Source: Octopus vulgaris
Lineage: Eukaryota
Reading direction: 5' to 3'
Assembly: GCA_951406725.2 (NCBI GenBank)
Contig: OX597814.1
Span: forward strand, 188,790,001 to 188,854,000
Length of the DNA stretch: 64,000 nucleotides
This document shows positions 26,461 through 37,767 of the stretch, in pieces; the first letter of the stretch is position 1, and the number at the start of each line of letters is the position of its first letter. The notes beneath the pieces were generated by a model. The model was given only the letters and a program-made list of their open reading frames with translations, ran no database searches and was not told the DNA's origin. Made by a program: the position numbers and the translations under genes.

Positions 26461-27030
26461 CACCAGTGTGAAATTAACAGCGGACCTTGAAGCAACCCAG
26501 AGAAGATTCACAAAGAAGATTGTCTCTTTGCAACAGCTCAGCTACTGCGAAAGATTGAAACAGCTAAGACTCTACTCCCTGGAGAGAAGACGGGAGAGGT
26601 ATGCAGTAATATATAGCTAGAAGTTCCTGGAAGGGACTGTGCCAAGTTTTGGCATTGAAAACTACACCAATGCCAGAACAGGACGACACTGCATGGTGCC
26701 AAAGATCCCAGCAATCCCATCACGCTTCAGGACCAGTTACTGCAACAGCCTGGGTTTTGAGGGCCCACAACTTTTTAATATTCTTCCAAAGAGTCTAAGG
26801 AACTTGCACAATGTAGATGTAGGGTTTTTTTAAATCAAAGCTGGACCTCTTCCTGTCGAGAGTCCCAGATGAACCTACCTCACGGCAAGAGGTACAAATG
26901 TGGGTAGCTATATCAAACTCCATTCTTCACCAAATGCCACATATTAGAGAAGGCTCTTAGTAACAACAGTGTAGCAAAACGGGCGGTGCATCGGCATGGC
27001 CGCAGCTCCGAGCTGAAATTAGAGAGGAAA
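26461..27030 (+). mobile_element. 5'-truncated CR1-group LINE (ORF2 C-terminus + 3' UTR)
   Basis: DLEATQRRFTKKI..LSYCERLKQLRLYSLERRRERY..GPQLFNILPKSLRN..KLDLFLSRVPDEP; contains stop and frameshifts. Confidence 0.85.
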
Positions 27031-27289
27031 AAATATGGCAAGAAGCAAAACTTTATTATGCAGCATATTCTTGTATTCGATGTAGTCTAGAGAATCATGC
27101 AGTTAGTTGCAAACTAGTAACAGTCAAGATGTAAACAAGGGAAAACATTATACGTTATTTAATCTATACATATATTGAATCACAATTTGTTCAATTAGAA
27201 TAGGCACATTCTTCAATATTTAATTTGTTCATACCTAAATATAAAATTAATTTAATTACGCTATATATATATATATATATGTACAGTAC

Positions 27290-27443
<154 letters not shown>

Positions 27444-27719
27444 AGATAAGAAAATGGAGAAATACATCTAAATCAAATATCAATTACCAGATATATATAT
27501 ATCTATAGACATAGATATATATATACATATATGTTTGTGTGTCTGCATGTGTGTGTGTGTGTACACCAAAAAATGATACAAATTATTATACAAATCTTAA
27601 TTTATAATTAACAAAACCTGCCACTGGAAAATTGAATATAAATGTCTGCGAAAATTAGACGAAGAACTAAAAATATGTTTAATATTACAGACAATACATA
27701 TTTTATTTAATGTACATAT

Positions 27720-27997
27720 CTCTCTCTCGCCCTTTTCAAACCTAGACAGGCTCATAGGCCCGGTTTCCCGGTATCTGGGGCGCATGTGTGTCCCCCCCCC
27801 AGCTGGACGGGACGCCAGTCCATCGCAGCGTTACTCAAGAAACAGGAAGAGAGAGAAAGTTGGGGCGAAAGAGTACACCACCCCCTGCCGGAGCCTCATG
27901 TGTTTTCGCTCAATAAACACACACAACGCCCGGTCTGGGAATCGAAACCGCACTCCTTCGACCGCTGCCCTAACCACTAGGCCATTGCGCCTCCACA
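27720..27997 (-). mobile_element. tRNA-derived SINE (head C, body C1 variant)
   Basis: Ends CTAACCACTAGGCCATTGCGCCTCCAC; body similar to 17812 copy. Confidence 0.75.
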
Positions 27998-28649
27998 AAT
28001 ATACATTATAACAGTTGTAAACTAATAATCATCGAGAACGAAATCAAATACACTAGTTGTTTTGGTTATTGGCTTGGTTCGGAGAAAGGGATTGTGTTCA
28101 TTTACATCGCTTCCAAAGTGCTCTGAACCCGATTAAATGGCGATGGTTTTAGGCAGTGCGTTCTTCTAATAATATAAGTCTATATCTTATAAAATAACAA
28201 TAAAACATCGCCTAAACAAGATTTTTTGAACAATCTGCTGTAAAGTGAATCACCATAACAAATTAATTATTGGTAGCACGATTTCTACATTTTTTAGAAA
28301 GGACAAAGGTTGATCTTTTGGTCTAAAAAGAATAAGACTGATCGATCGATTTCAACAGAATATATCAAACCCTTTTTTTTCTTTTTTCATCTTTCTTTTC
28401 CAGCGTTGGTTGCCTCTGGATATTTCTTTCCGATATCGCTTTACGAGTTACTTTTGTTTTGCAAATATCAACCGACAGACGTTCTAACTTAATAATGTCA
28501 AATGTGTGAGGGTCTAAGAAGCTTGTGATTTTTTTTCTCATTTTCATCTAACTAGCCATTGCAAAATCAGTAGCTCTATAGGCGCAGTCAGAAGCACCCA
28601 AATAACTAAATGGTCAATCAAGTGGTATGTTCTTCAGAAACACAAACTC

Positions 28650-28690
<41 letters not shown>

Positions 28691-28729
28691 AAAAAAGGTT
28701 TGAAAATGCAATTTAAACGATGTTTATTT

Positions 28730-28770
28730 ACTTAACCGGTTTCACTCTTTGGTAAAAGATTGTCAAAAGT
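28730..28770 (-). ncRNA. Hammerhead-like motif with U3/A8 core variant
   Basis: Minus strand: actt TTGACAA tcttttaccaaagagt GAAA ccgg TT aagt, followed by AATAAA and (TA)n; stem II imperfect. Confidence 0.45.
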
Positions 28771-28789
28771 TACATTTAAGGAAACATTG

Positions 28790-28925
28790 AATAATATGGG
28801 TTCAAAAAAAGTTTTTTACATAATTGTCACATTGAATATTATGCATTCAAAAAAGTTTTTTACATAATTGTCACATTGGATATTATGAATTCAAAAATGT
28901 TTTTTTATACATAATTGTCACATTA
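28790..28925 (+). repeat. Three tandem ~44-bp units
   Basis: ..TATG..TTCAAAAA..TTTTTTACATAATTGTCACATT x3. Confidence 0.85.
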
Positions 28926-29337
28926 CATGTATAAATATAGTGTTTGGTAACAGGGAAGTTCAATAGTGTGATGAGAATATTTGGGAAAATTTGGCAGAAA
29001 AGGATAAAACAAATATATTATTGGGAATTGGTTGCGTTAATTATTGGTTGTCGCAAATTGTCACATTACATGTATATATATACAATCTTTGGTATATATA
29101 TACAGCGTTTTGACAGCAAAAATTAAAATGGATTTTTTGTACATCTCAGAATATTTTAAGTATGTTTTTACTGACCTGTCAGTATTAGCAGAAAGGCTGA
29201 ACTGAGAGAACAGAAGAAGTAGCCAATGTGGTGTATACTTCCCCTTTATGCATGAATGATTTTGGGGTTATCAGGAGGTTAGTATGCGGGTGTGAATAGA
29301 TGTGTCCGTGCCTGCTGGTCAGATAGCGTCTGTTTGT

Positions 29338-29556
29338 CACACACATATATATACACACAAACACACACACACACAACAACACACACACACACACACATAG
29401 TATACAAACACACACCACATACAAACAACACACACACACACAGAACACACACACCCACACACAACGCACCCACATATATCACATATACACACAGCACACA
29501 AATATAACATGTATCTATATATAACATACACAGATATATAACACACATACACACAC

Positions 29557-29598
<42 letters not shown>

Positions 29599-30392
29599 TA
29601 CATACATAATATAAATATCACACAAATACACCTAGCATATATATACACACATACAATACACACATACAGCATGTAAGTAATATACATACACAATATATGC
29701 ATGCAATATACATACGCAATACATACATATAATATATATATATATAGACAATGCATATACATATATACACACATACATATAAATAGTGTTTACATACACA
29801 TACATAGATGTACCACATATACACACAACACACATACATACAATGCATACACATACACGTACGCATACATATAATATATATATACACACACACACACATA
29901 ACATACATACACACACAATGCATACATATATATACACGCAATGCATATACATGTATTCATGCATATATAACACACCTACAATATACATATATACAGTGCA
30001 CACATACACACAAATATATACACTTAATTGTACACGTACATATACAATACACATACATACAATATACATATACACAATGCGCATGCAAATAATGTACATG
30101 TTTATACACACATAAACATGCAAATAAATATACACACACACACATACACACACACACATATATATACACATATATATATATATATATATACACACATACA
30201 TACATACATACATGCACATACATATATTTTTTCACACACATACACACACATATATATATATAAAAAATTCACCACCCCCCACACACACAAATTACAAACC
30301 TATAGCGTACACACTCAAATATATCTCTACATACCACACACACACAAACAAAGTACTAACATATACACACATACCATGCATATACACACACA

Positions 30393-30439
<47 letters not shown>

Positions 30440-30670
30440 CAGATACATATGTAAATACATACACACGTACACAATGCTCACACACACACACACACACACA
30501 CATACATACACACCCGCACACAGTGCACACACACACACACACATATATACACACGTGCACACACACACACACACACAACGCGCGCACACACACATATACA
30601 CACACACGCACACAGTGCACACACACACACACAACACTCACACACATACATCACCTACATATATATAATG
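29338..30670. repeat. Degenerate (CA)/(TA) low-complexity tract, ~1.3 kb
   Basis: Direct read; source of many spurious ORFs. Confidence 0.9.
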
Positions 30671-30819
30671 CATGCGTGTGCATGCCACGTATGTGTGCGG
30701 TCAATGCCCGCTAGTGTGTCCTATGCGTGCCGATGCGCGCATGTGCCCGCCCGCACGATATGCTGTGAGCGTGCGCGCGTCCCTGTGTGCTTGCTCTGGA
30801 TGTGCTTCCAGGGGGTATG

Positions 30820-33096
30820 TTAGAGTATGTTTAGTTGTGGTCTGTATTTTTGAATAAGATTACTTTCCTTATTTATTCGTGTTTGGTCTGTGGTGTTGTC
30901 CGAGCATTGGTATAGTGGGAAGACTAAGAATTTGGGGGACTTATTGTGTGCACAAAGGTCTAAGTGTCCACTTAGTGGTATCTGTCTTGTGGAGGGGTCC
31001 CTCAGTTGTTGTCGGTGAACTGTCATTCTGTCTCTGAGGGTAAGGCTCGTTTGCCCTATGTAGTCTTCGTGGCATCCTTCACACCTTATGACGTAGAGTA
31101 AATTTTTTGATGCGCACGTGAAGTTATTTTTTATGATGAATGTGTGTCCCGAGTGGAACTTGTACGACGATCCCTCAATGAGGTGGATGCAGGTCTTACA
31201 GTTGGGGCGACCACATTTTTTGATGGTGGGCGGTGGGTTTGTGTTGTGTAATTTTGCGTTGGTGAGGAGGTTTTTTAGGGATTTAGGTTGTCTCTTACTT
31301 TTTATTATTTTATGAGCTGCCAGTATTTTTTTCAGGCGTGGGTCTTGATTTAGTTGTGGAATGTTGTTGTATATAATAGTGTAAGCTTCTGCATTCCTTG
31401 GGTTGTGTGTTGAGAGATAAGGGAGGCTATTGACTGTACTGTGGATGTGTTTGGGTTTTCGAAGGTCTTGAATGTTGATTGATTTGGCCCGTTCTATTCC
31501 GTTGTCTACTAGTGATGCCGGGTAATGTCTTTCGAGAAGAATTGCCCTTAGTTCCCGGAGTCTTCTATTTCGTGTTGTGTCATTTGAGACAATAGTGCAG
31601 ATTCTTCTCGCTAGGTTGAAGGGGATATTTGTCTTTGTGTGTTTTGGGTGATTGGAGGTGAATAGAAGGTATTGTTTAGAGTCAGTGGGTTTGTAATGGA
31701 TGTCAGTTTCAATGTTGACGCCTTTTTTAATGATTAGGATGTCAAGAAAAGGGAGTTGGTCCTGACTATATTCCATTGTGAATTGAATGTTGTTATTTAC
31801 ACTGTTGATAAGGTTTTTGAAGTCTATAAGTTGGTCGAGTGTGTGGGACCATAGGATGAGGCAATCATCTAAGTAGCGTTTCCAGTTCTCCAACAGGTAT
31901 TTGTGGAAAGACTGGCCGTACTTATATTTGGATTTTTCATAGATATGTGATTCCAGGTAGGCCATCACCAGGTTTGCATAGGTAGGTGCAACTTTCGTAC
32001 CCATTGCAGTTCCTGAGACCTGTCTGTAAGTGTTGTTGTGGAAATACATGAAGTTGTTTTGCAGAATAAATTTGAGGCCCTCAATTATGAATTCTTTTTT
32101 AATTCTTTCCGGGATCTCATTGGGATATTTATCCAGCCAGAATTTAATGGCTTCCAGTCCAAATTCATGTGGGATTGTGGTGTAAAGATTAATAACATCA
32201 AAAGAAACGATTAAGGTGTCTTTATCGGCATGTTTGGGGAGATGGTTTAATAGGTCCAGGTCATCTCTTACAATACTTGGAATGTGTTTCAGTATTGGCT
32301 TTAAGATGATATCTATAAAGTTGCTAAGTCTGTGTGTTTCACAACTTAGGCCTGCCACTATTGGTCTCAGTTTGAGATCAGTGGGATGTGGTATAGTGAT
32401 GCAGGTTGAAGTGGACTTTTTGCAAGCTTCTGTGATAATTTGACTCTTGTGTATTTTTGGAAGCCCATAGAGTGTGCTGGTTTTGCAATTAAATTTAGTA
32501 ATGTAGTCGCATTCCTTTGCTGTCAAGTCATTCCGGTGTTGGTAAATGAGTGCCTTCAGATTGGTCATTGTTTTGGATTGCTGGTAGTCGACTACTCTTT
32601 CGTAGTATGTGGTATCCTCTAAAAGGAGAGATACAGAGTTTTTATATTGCTCAGTATTCATAACAACGACCGTACTACCCTTATCAGCTTCCTTTATTGT
32701 GACGTCATGATTGTCTCGTAGCGTATGGATGATTTCCCATTCTCTTTTACTGGTGTTGGGTTTGAGTTTAGGTTGTGGGAGTTCACCATAAGGGAAGTTG
32801 GAGATGTAATCGCAAAATTTGTCTAAGGTTTTGTTTTTGCCTTTTATGGGATTATAGTTGCTTTTGTTACAGACCATTGATTCGTCGTTATTATTAGTTT
32901 TTCTGTCAAAAAATTCCTCTGTGAGGCGTAATTTTCTGCAAAAGTGCGAGATGTCATCCTGTATTTCCCTCAGGTTAGGGTATTGCGGAGTTGGGGTGAA
33001 TTTTAGTCCTCTTGAAAGGATTTTTATTTGTGGTGTCGACAGGTTTAGGTTAGAAAGATTCACTATTTTTGGTTTTTCGGGGTTGGTATCTACCAT
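30820..33096 (-). CDS. Penelope-like element reverse transcriptase + GIY-YIG endonuclease (Neptune-like), uninterrupted 758 aa
   Basis: LSRGLKFTPTP, IKEADKG, YGLPKIHK, LRPIV, SFDVINLYTTIP, GTAMGTKVAPTYAN, RYLDD, LPFLD, SNHP, Cys-rich linker CGRPNCKTC, NLLYVIRCEGCHEDYIGQT..R..H. Confidence 0.97.
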   Translation of the reverse strand: MVDTNPEKPKIVNLSNLNLSTPQIKILSRGLKFTPTPQYPNLREIQDDISHFCRKLRLTEEFFDRKTNNNDESMVCNKSNYNPIKGKNKTLDKFCDYISNFPYGELPQPKLKPNTSKREWEIIHTLRDNHDVTIKEADKGSTVVVMNTEQYKNSVSLLLEDTTYYERVVDYQQSKTMTNLKALIYQHRNDLTAKECDYITKFNCKTSTLYGLPKIHKSQIITEACKKSTSTCITIPHPTDLKLRPIVAGLSCETHRLSNFIDIILKPILKHIPSIVRDDLDLLNHLPKHADKDTLIVSFDVINLYTTIPHEFGLEAIKFWLDKYPNEIPERIKKEFIIEGLKFILQNNFMYFHNNTYRQVSGTAMGTKVAPTYANLVMAYLESHIYEKSKYKYGQSFHKYLLENWKRYLDDCLILWSHTLDQLIDFKNLINSVNNNIQFTMEYSQDQLPFLDILIIKKGVNIETDIHYKPTDSKQYLLFTSNHPKHTKTNIPFNLARRICTIVSNDTTRNRRLRELRAILLERHYPASLVDNGIERAKSINIQDLRKPKHIHSTVNSLPYLSTHNPRNAEAYTIIYNNIPQLNQDPRLKKILAAHKIIKSKRQPKSLKNLLTNAKLHNTNPPPTIKKCGRPNCKTCIHLIEGSSYKFHSGHTFIIKNNFTCASKNLLYVIRCEGCHEDYIGQTSLTLRDRMTVHRQQLRDPSTRQIPLSGHLDLCAHNKSPKFLVFPLYQCSDNTTDQTRINKESNLIQKYRPQLNIL

Positions 33097-33357
33097 CTGG
33101 TGTCGTGGAAACTGATGCCCTTGCCTAAAAAAGGAATCCTGGGGGTTCTTCTATTTGCGGTATTTTGCTGTATGTGATTCTGTCCCCCGTTGACATGTCT
33201 GTTGAAGAGGTTTTGGTTGTTGTGATTCTGTCCCCCGTTGCTATGTTGTCTGTTGAGGAGGTTTTGGTTGTTCCAGGGTCTGGGTTGTTGGTGTGGCCTC
33301 CTGGAAGAGTTTTGGTTATTCCAGGGTTTGGGTTGTTTGTCCTGGGTGTAATGTTGG

Positions 33358-33359
<2 letters not shown>
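33090..33359 (-). CDS. 5'-truncated upstream reading frame (ORF1-like, N/Q/P/R-rich) overlapping the PLE RT frame
   Basis: 90 codons including the TAG: NQHYTQDKQPKPWNNQN...RRTPRIPFLGKGISFHDTRW*; no start codon (cut at (TA)n); internal peptide repeats. Confidence 0.55.
33126..33132 (-). promoter_or_regulatory. Candidate -1 ribosomal slippery heptamer T TTT TTA (alternatively a 3' splice acceptor)
   Basis: CCT TTT TTA GGC AAG in the upstream frame; RT ATG (33096) is in the -1 frame, open from 33150. Confidence 0.5.
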
Positions 33360-33397
<38 letters not shown>

Positions 33398-33489
33398 AGA
33401 GAGAGAGAGAGAGAGAGAGACTTCACTGAAATTTAGATATATACATTACGAGTCGAGACAGGTATCGTCAGCTGACCGGTGTTTGCTCC

Positions 33490-33534
33490 TCTAGGCCGAC
33501 GAAGGACAATCATCCTGAAACACGTGTCCCTAGA
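33490..33534 (+). ncRNA. Type-I hammerhead-like motif, core CCGACGA
   Basis: tctagg CCGACGA agga-caatca-tcct GAAA cacgtg TC cctaga: 6-bp stem I, 4-bp stem II, palindromic stem III, GUC site. Confidence 0.7.
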
Positions 33535-33754
33535 TGTAGCCCGGGCGGCTGGGGGTATTTGTCTCCCCTTCGTAAATATATATAAGGACACAGGAAAAAT
33601 GTATCAAAGTCATCAGGAGGCGTCGATGCTTCCTAAGGCTAAACAGCGATGGTGTACCCCCTACTGTCACGTTCGTGTTAGATTGACAGTGTACAACCAT
33701 TCTATCGCCCCACCACCGTACATGTCTCTACGAGAGATTTTGAAATTTAGTATT

Positions 33755-33809
<55 letters not shown>

Positions 33810-33864
33810 TACATATATTATATATATGTATGTATATATGCATATGTTTTATTTATTATTTTGT

Positions 33865-34046
33865 TGATAGATCGTTACTCCTACGCTCATTTTTTTCTCT
33901 CCTTGTTTTTTTCGGTCTATCTTTCTGTCGAAGTGCGTAGGCTCGAAACGTAAAAGACTTTTTCTATTCCTGAGCGCTATACTAATACATTTGTTTGTTT
34001 GTACTCCATCTGCCTTCGTCTTTTGTTTATTTTCGTAAACTTTCCC
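33865..34046 (+). mobile_element. Family H element copy 2 (motif 33921-33956)
   Basis: cttt CTGTCGA agtgcgtaggctc GAAA cg TA aaag; TA-rich flanks. Confidence 0.8.
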
Positions 34047-34077
34047 TGTATATATATTTATATATATTTATATATAT

Positions 34078-34125
<48 letters not shown>

Positions 34126-34303
34126 GTATGTGCGTATGTATACGTCAGTGTGAATGACTGTTACCCGTCTGAAGTAATAATGCTATCATTTTAAGGAGTC
34201 CTGTCATTCACACACACACACACACACATATATATATACATAAATACACGCACACACATACACAACCGTATACACACACGTGCATACACGTACACACACT
34301 TGA

Positions 34304-34335
<32 letters not shown>

Positions 34336-34559
34336 ATAAAGCACGTAACACAACACAACACAACACACAACAAGTACTCCTCTTCTCCAAAATCGATTGG
34401 ACTGCCGCTAGGCAATCTTCCGCTCCTCTCTACATACTGTGGTCTTAGCGTTTGAATAGGTGTATGGTACATTAATCTCTCCTATCTTTTGGCCTTGTCC
34501 GCGATATCACTGACCAGCCACACACTTCCATACACCTACACCCTGTTCCTTTACTTTTT

Positions 34560-34768
34560 TACTCTATTACTCTTTTACTTGTTTCAGTCATTTGACTGCG
34601 GCCATTGCTGGAACACTGTCTTTAGTCGAACCAATCGACCCCAGGACTTATTCTTTGTAAGCCTAGTACTTATTCTATCGGTTACTTTTGCCGAACCGCT
34701 AGTTTACGGGGATATAAACACACCAGCATTGGTTGTCAAGCTATGTTGGGGGGACAAACACTGACACA

Positions 34769-34850
<82 letters not shown>

Positions 34851-35012
34851 CGACGGGCTTCTTGCAGTTTCCGCCTACCAAATCCACTCAAAAGGTTGTG
34901 GTCGGCCCGATGCTATTGTAGAAGACACTTGCCCAAGGGTCCGCGCAGTGGGAATGAACCCTGAACCATGTGGTTGATAAGCAAGCTACTTATCACACAG
35001 CCACTCCTACAC
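34560..35012 (-). mobile_element. SINE family A
   Basis: Family match. Confidence 0.85.
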
Positions 35013-35303
35013 CTGTTTATGAAGCACATATGTCGCCGCAGTTTGCCCAGACTTTTCTCCAAACTCACCCTCAAATATATATTGAAGCTCATTCGAGTTG
35101 CAAGAAGCAGTAGAATGATGCTTATTCCCTGTCTATTTCTCGACAAATTCCCCAAGCAAGGAGGTTTTTCTTTTTGTAACATATCTCTCACACGATTTAT
35201 TATTGCTTTGTATTCCTATAATTGTTCCCTGTCCACATTTTACCCCTAGGTTCCATAACTCTCACACAAAACGAGGCTGTTGAGGAAACTATAATAAATT
35301 ACA

Positions 35304-35512
35304 CGGCGAGCTGACAGAAACGGTAGCACGCCGGGCAAAATGCGTAGCCGTATTTCGTCTGCCGTTACGTTCTGAGTTCAAATTCCGCCAAGGTCGACTT
35401 TGCCTTTCATCCTTTCGGGGTCGATAAATTAAGTACCAGTTACGCACTTAATCGCTTTGTCTGTCCTTGTTTGTCCCCTCTGTGTTTAGCCCCTTGTGGG
35501 TAGTAAAGAAAT
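35304..35512 (+). mobile_element. SINE family B monomer with 16-bp TSD
   Basis: TATAATAAATTACACG directly repeated on both sides. Confidence 0.9.
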
Positions 35513-36136
35513 ATATAATAAATTACACGAAGAATGGAAAATTATAATGAAGGAAAATTAAAATGAAGGAAAAATATTTTCTTTTTCACTCTCGGCTAAT
35601 GGAGTGGACACACAGATTTTCTAAAGCCATTTCTTCGCAAATAAAAAACAAACAAACAGTTTTCATTCAAGTGAATGTGATAAAAATCAATTGTTTCGGG
35701 AACTCTGTTGCAAATGTCCCTTTATAGCAAACAAGAGAAAAAAAATATTGATTACAATTTTTGGTACATCGCCAGCAACTTTCAGAGGATGAGGTAAAGT
35801 GATTACTCAACTTCAGTGCTCAGGCGGAACCCTTTTTATCGTCCCCGAAAGGATGAAAGGCAAAGCTGAACTCGGCAGATCGAAAGAAATGCCTCTAAGA
35901 ATTTTCTCGATGCGCTTAACGAATCTGCCAGATCGCCGACAAATTTTGGTACAAGGCCAGCTGTTTTTAGGAGGATGGGGTTAGTTGATTACATCGACCT
36001 TAATACGTAATTGCTTCTGTAGACTCTCGCCCTGAGAAGATGAAAATCAAAATTGATCTCGATGGGATTTCAGTTTAGAACGTAAAACGCCGTAAGAAAT
36101 GCGGCTAAGCATTTCGTCTGAGGCAGCTCGCTGCCT

Positions 36137-36206
<70 letters not shown>

Positions 36207-36837
36207 GTCTGTGTCCGTATAGCATTTGCAAGGGAGGTCGTTGCTCCTATCTTTAGACTACGTGATACTCACAGATCTAGGTTGCTAGGTGGTTACCTGT
36301 CCTCAATATTAGAAAAGCACAAGCTAGCTACGAAAGCTCTCTCCACTCGCAAATACCATATATTCTTTAAGCGACACACAGTTGCTGATCTCTTATAGAG
36401 AAAAACAATTTCTTTTAAATCTCTGAGCGATAGATATACAGTAACGGTACCGAATGGTAAAATTTATATGCCAACAGAATGTGGCCATCCTATAAGGACA
36501 ATGTTCATTGACACCAGAAAATTAAATGAAATTTTGTTTCTCTATAAGAGATCAGTCACTGTGTGTCTCTTAAAGAATATACAGTATTTGTAAGTGGAGA
36601 GAGCTTTCGCCGCTAGCTTGTGGTTTTCTCACATTAAGGACGAGTATCCACCCAGCGACCTTGGTCTGTGAGTATCACATAAGGTTAGAAATGGGAGCGA
36701 TGACCTCCCTTGCAAATGCTATACGGACACAGACTGTGTGTCGATGGCCAGCGGGAAAAGATATTTTCCTGAGGCTAAAGCAATAGAAACATCGTCCTTT
36801 ATAGAACTGCCACATTCTGTTGGCATATAAACTTTAC
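36207..36837. repeat. Interleaved inverted repeats A-B-A'-B' within (CTA)n
   Basis: A 36207-36425 pairs with 36517-36734; B 36457-36510 pairs with 36781-36837. Confidence 0.85.
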
Positions 36838-36934
36838 TACTACTACTAATAATAATGGTATTAGTATAATATCGATATTAGTTGTAATGACGACAGCAGG
36901 AAAAAGGCAACAGTAATAAAGTTAATTAAGTATA

Positions 36935-37029
36935 ACGATGACGATGATGACGACGATGCTGTTGCTGCTGCTGCTGCTGCTGATGGGAGTGGTGATGATG
37001 ATAACAAGAACACCACTAACACCACCTCC

Positions 37030-37079
<50 letters not shown>

Positions 37080-37165
37080 CACCACCACTACTATTACTAC
37101 AACTACTACTACTATTACTACTACAACTACTACTCATAATAATAATAATAATGATGATGATGATG

Positions 37166-37199
<34 letters not shown>

Positions 37200-37237
37200 T
37201 GGTGATGATGATGATGATAATAATAGTAATAATAATG

Positions 37238-37298
<61 letters not shown>

Positions 37299-37411
37299 TG
37301 ATGATGATGATAATGATAATAATAATAATAATAATAATAATGATGATGATAATGATAATAATAATAATAATAATTGTGATGATGATGATGATAATAATAG
37401 TAATAATAATG

Positions 37412-37469
<58 letters not shown>

Positions 37470-37471
37470 TG

Positions 37472-37542
<71 letters not shown>

Positions 37543-37560
37543 CATAGTAATAATAACAAT
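36935..37560. repeat. Compound trinucleotide tract (GAT/GCT/CCA/CTA/AAT)
   Basis: Direct read. Confidence 0.95.
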
Positions 37561-37673
37561 AATTTATAAATACTAAAGATGTTCATAATTTGTTGCAGAT
37601 GGTAAATCTAGCAAATTTGCTGAGTTACAGGTCATAATCAAGTCTACTTTGGTTTTATGGCGAAGTGATGGGG

Positions 37674-37767
37674 AGAAGAAGAAGAAGAAGAAGAAGAAGA
37701 AGAAGAAGAAGAAGAAGAAGAAGAAGAAGAAGAAGAAGAAGAAGAAGAAGAAGAAGAAGAAGAAGAA
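37674..37767 (+). repeat. (GAA)n microsatellite
   Basis: Direct read. Confidence 0.95.

Noticed and set aside
29185-30714. Numerous overlapping ORFs rich in C/V/Y/I/H/T
   Set aside because: Translations of stop-free dinucleotide repeats; the same applies to the YI, HT, poly-I/L/K ORFs elsewhere.
33165-33494. Plus-strand hydrophobic 109-aa ORF
   Set aside because: Antisense shadow of the N/Q-rich PLE upstream frame plus microsatellite.
33465-33620. Minus-strand CTGATGA and CTGACGA near the PLE
   Set aside because: No properly placed GAAA or stems; only the plus-strand motif at 33490-33534 folds.
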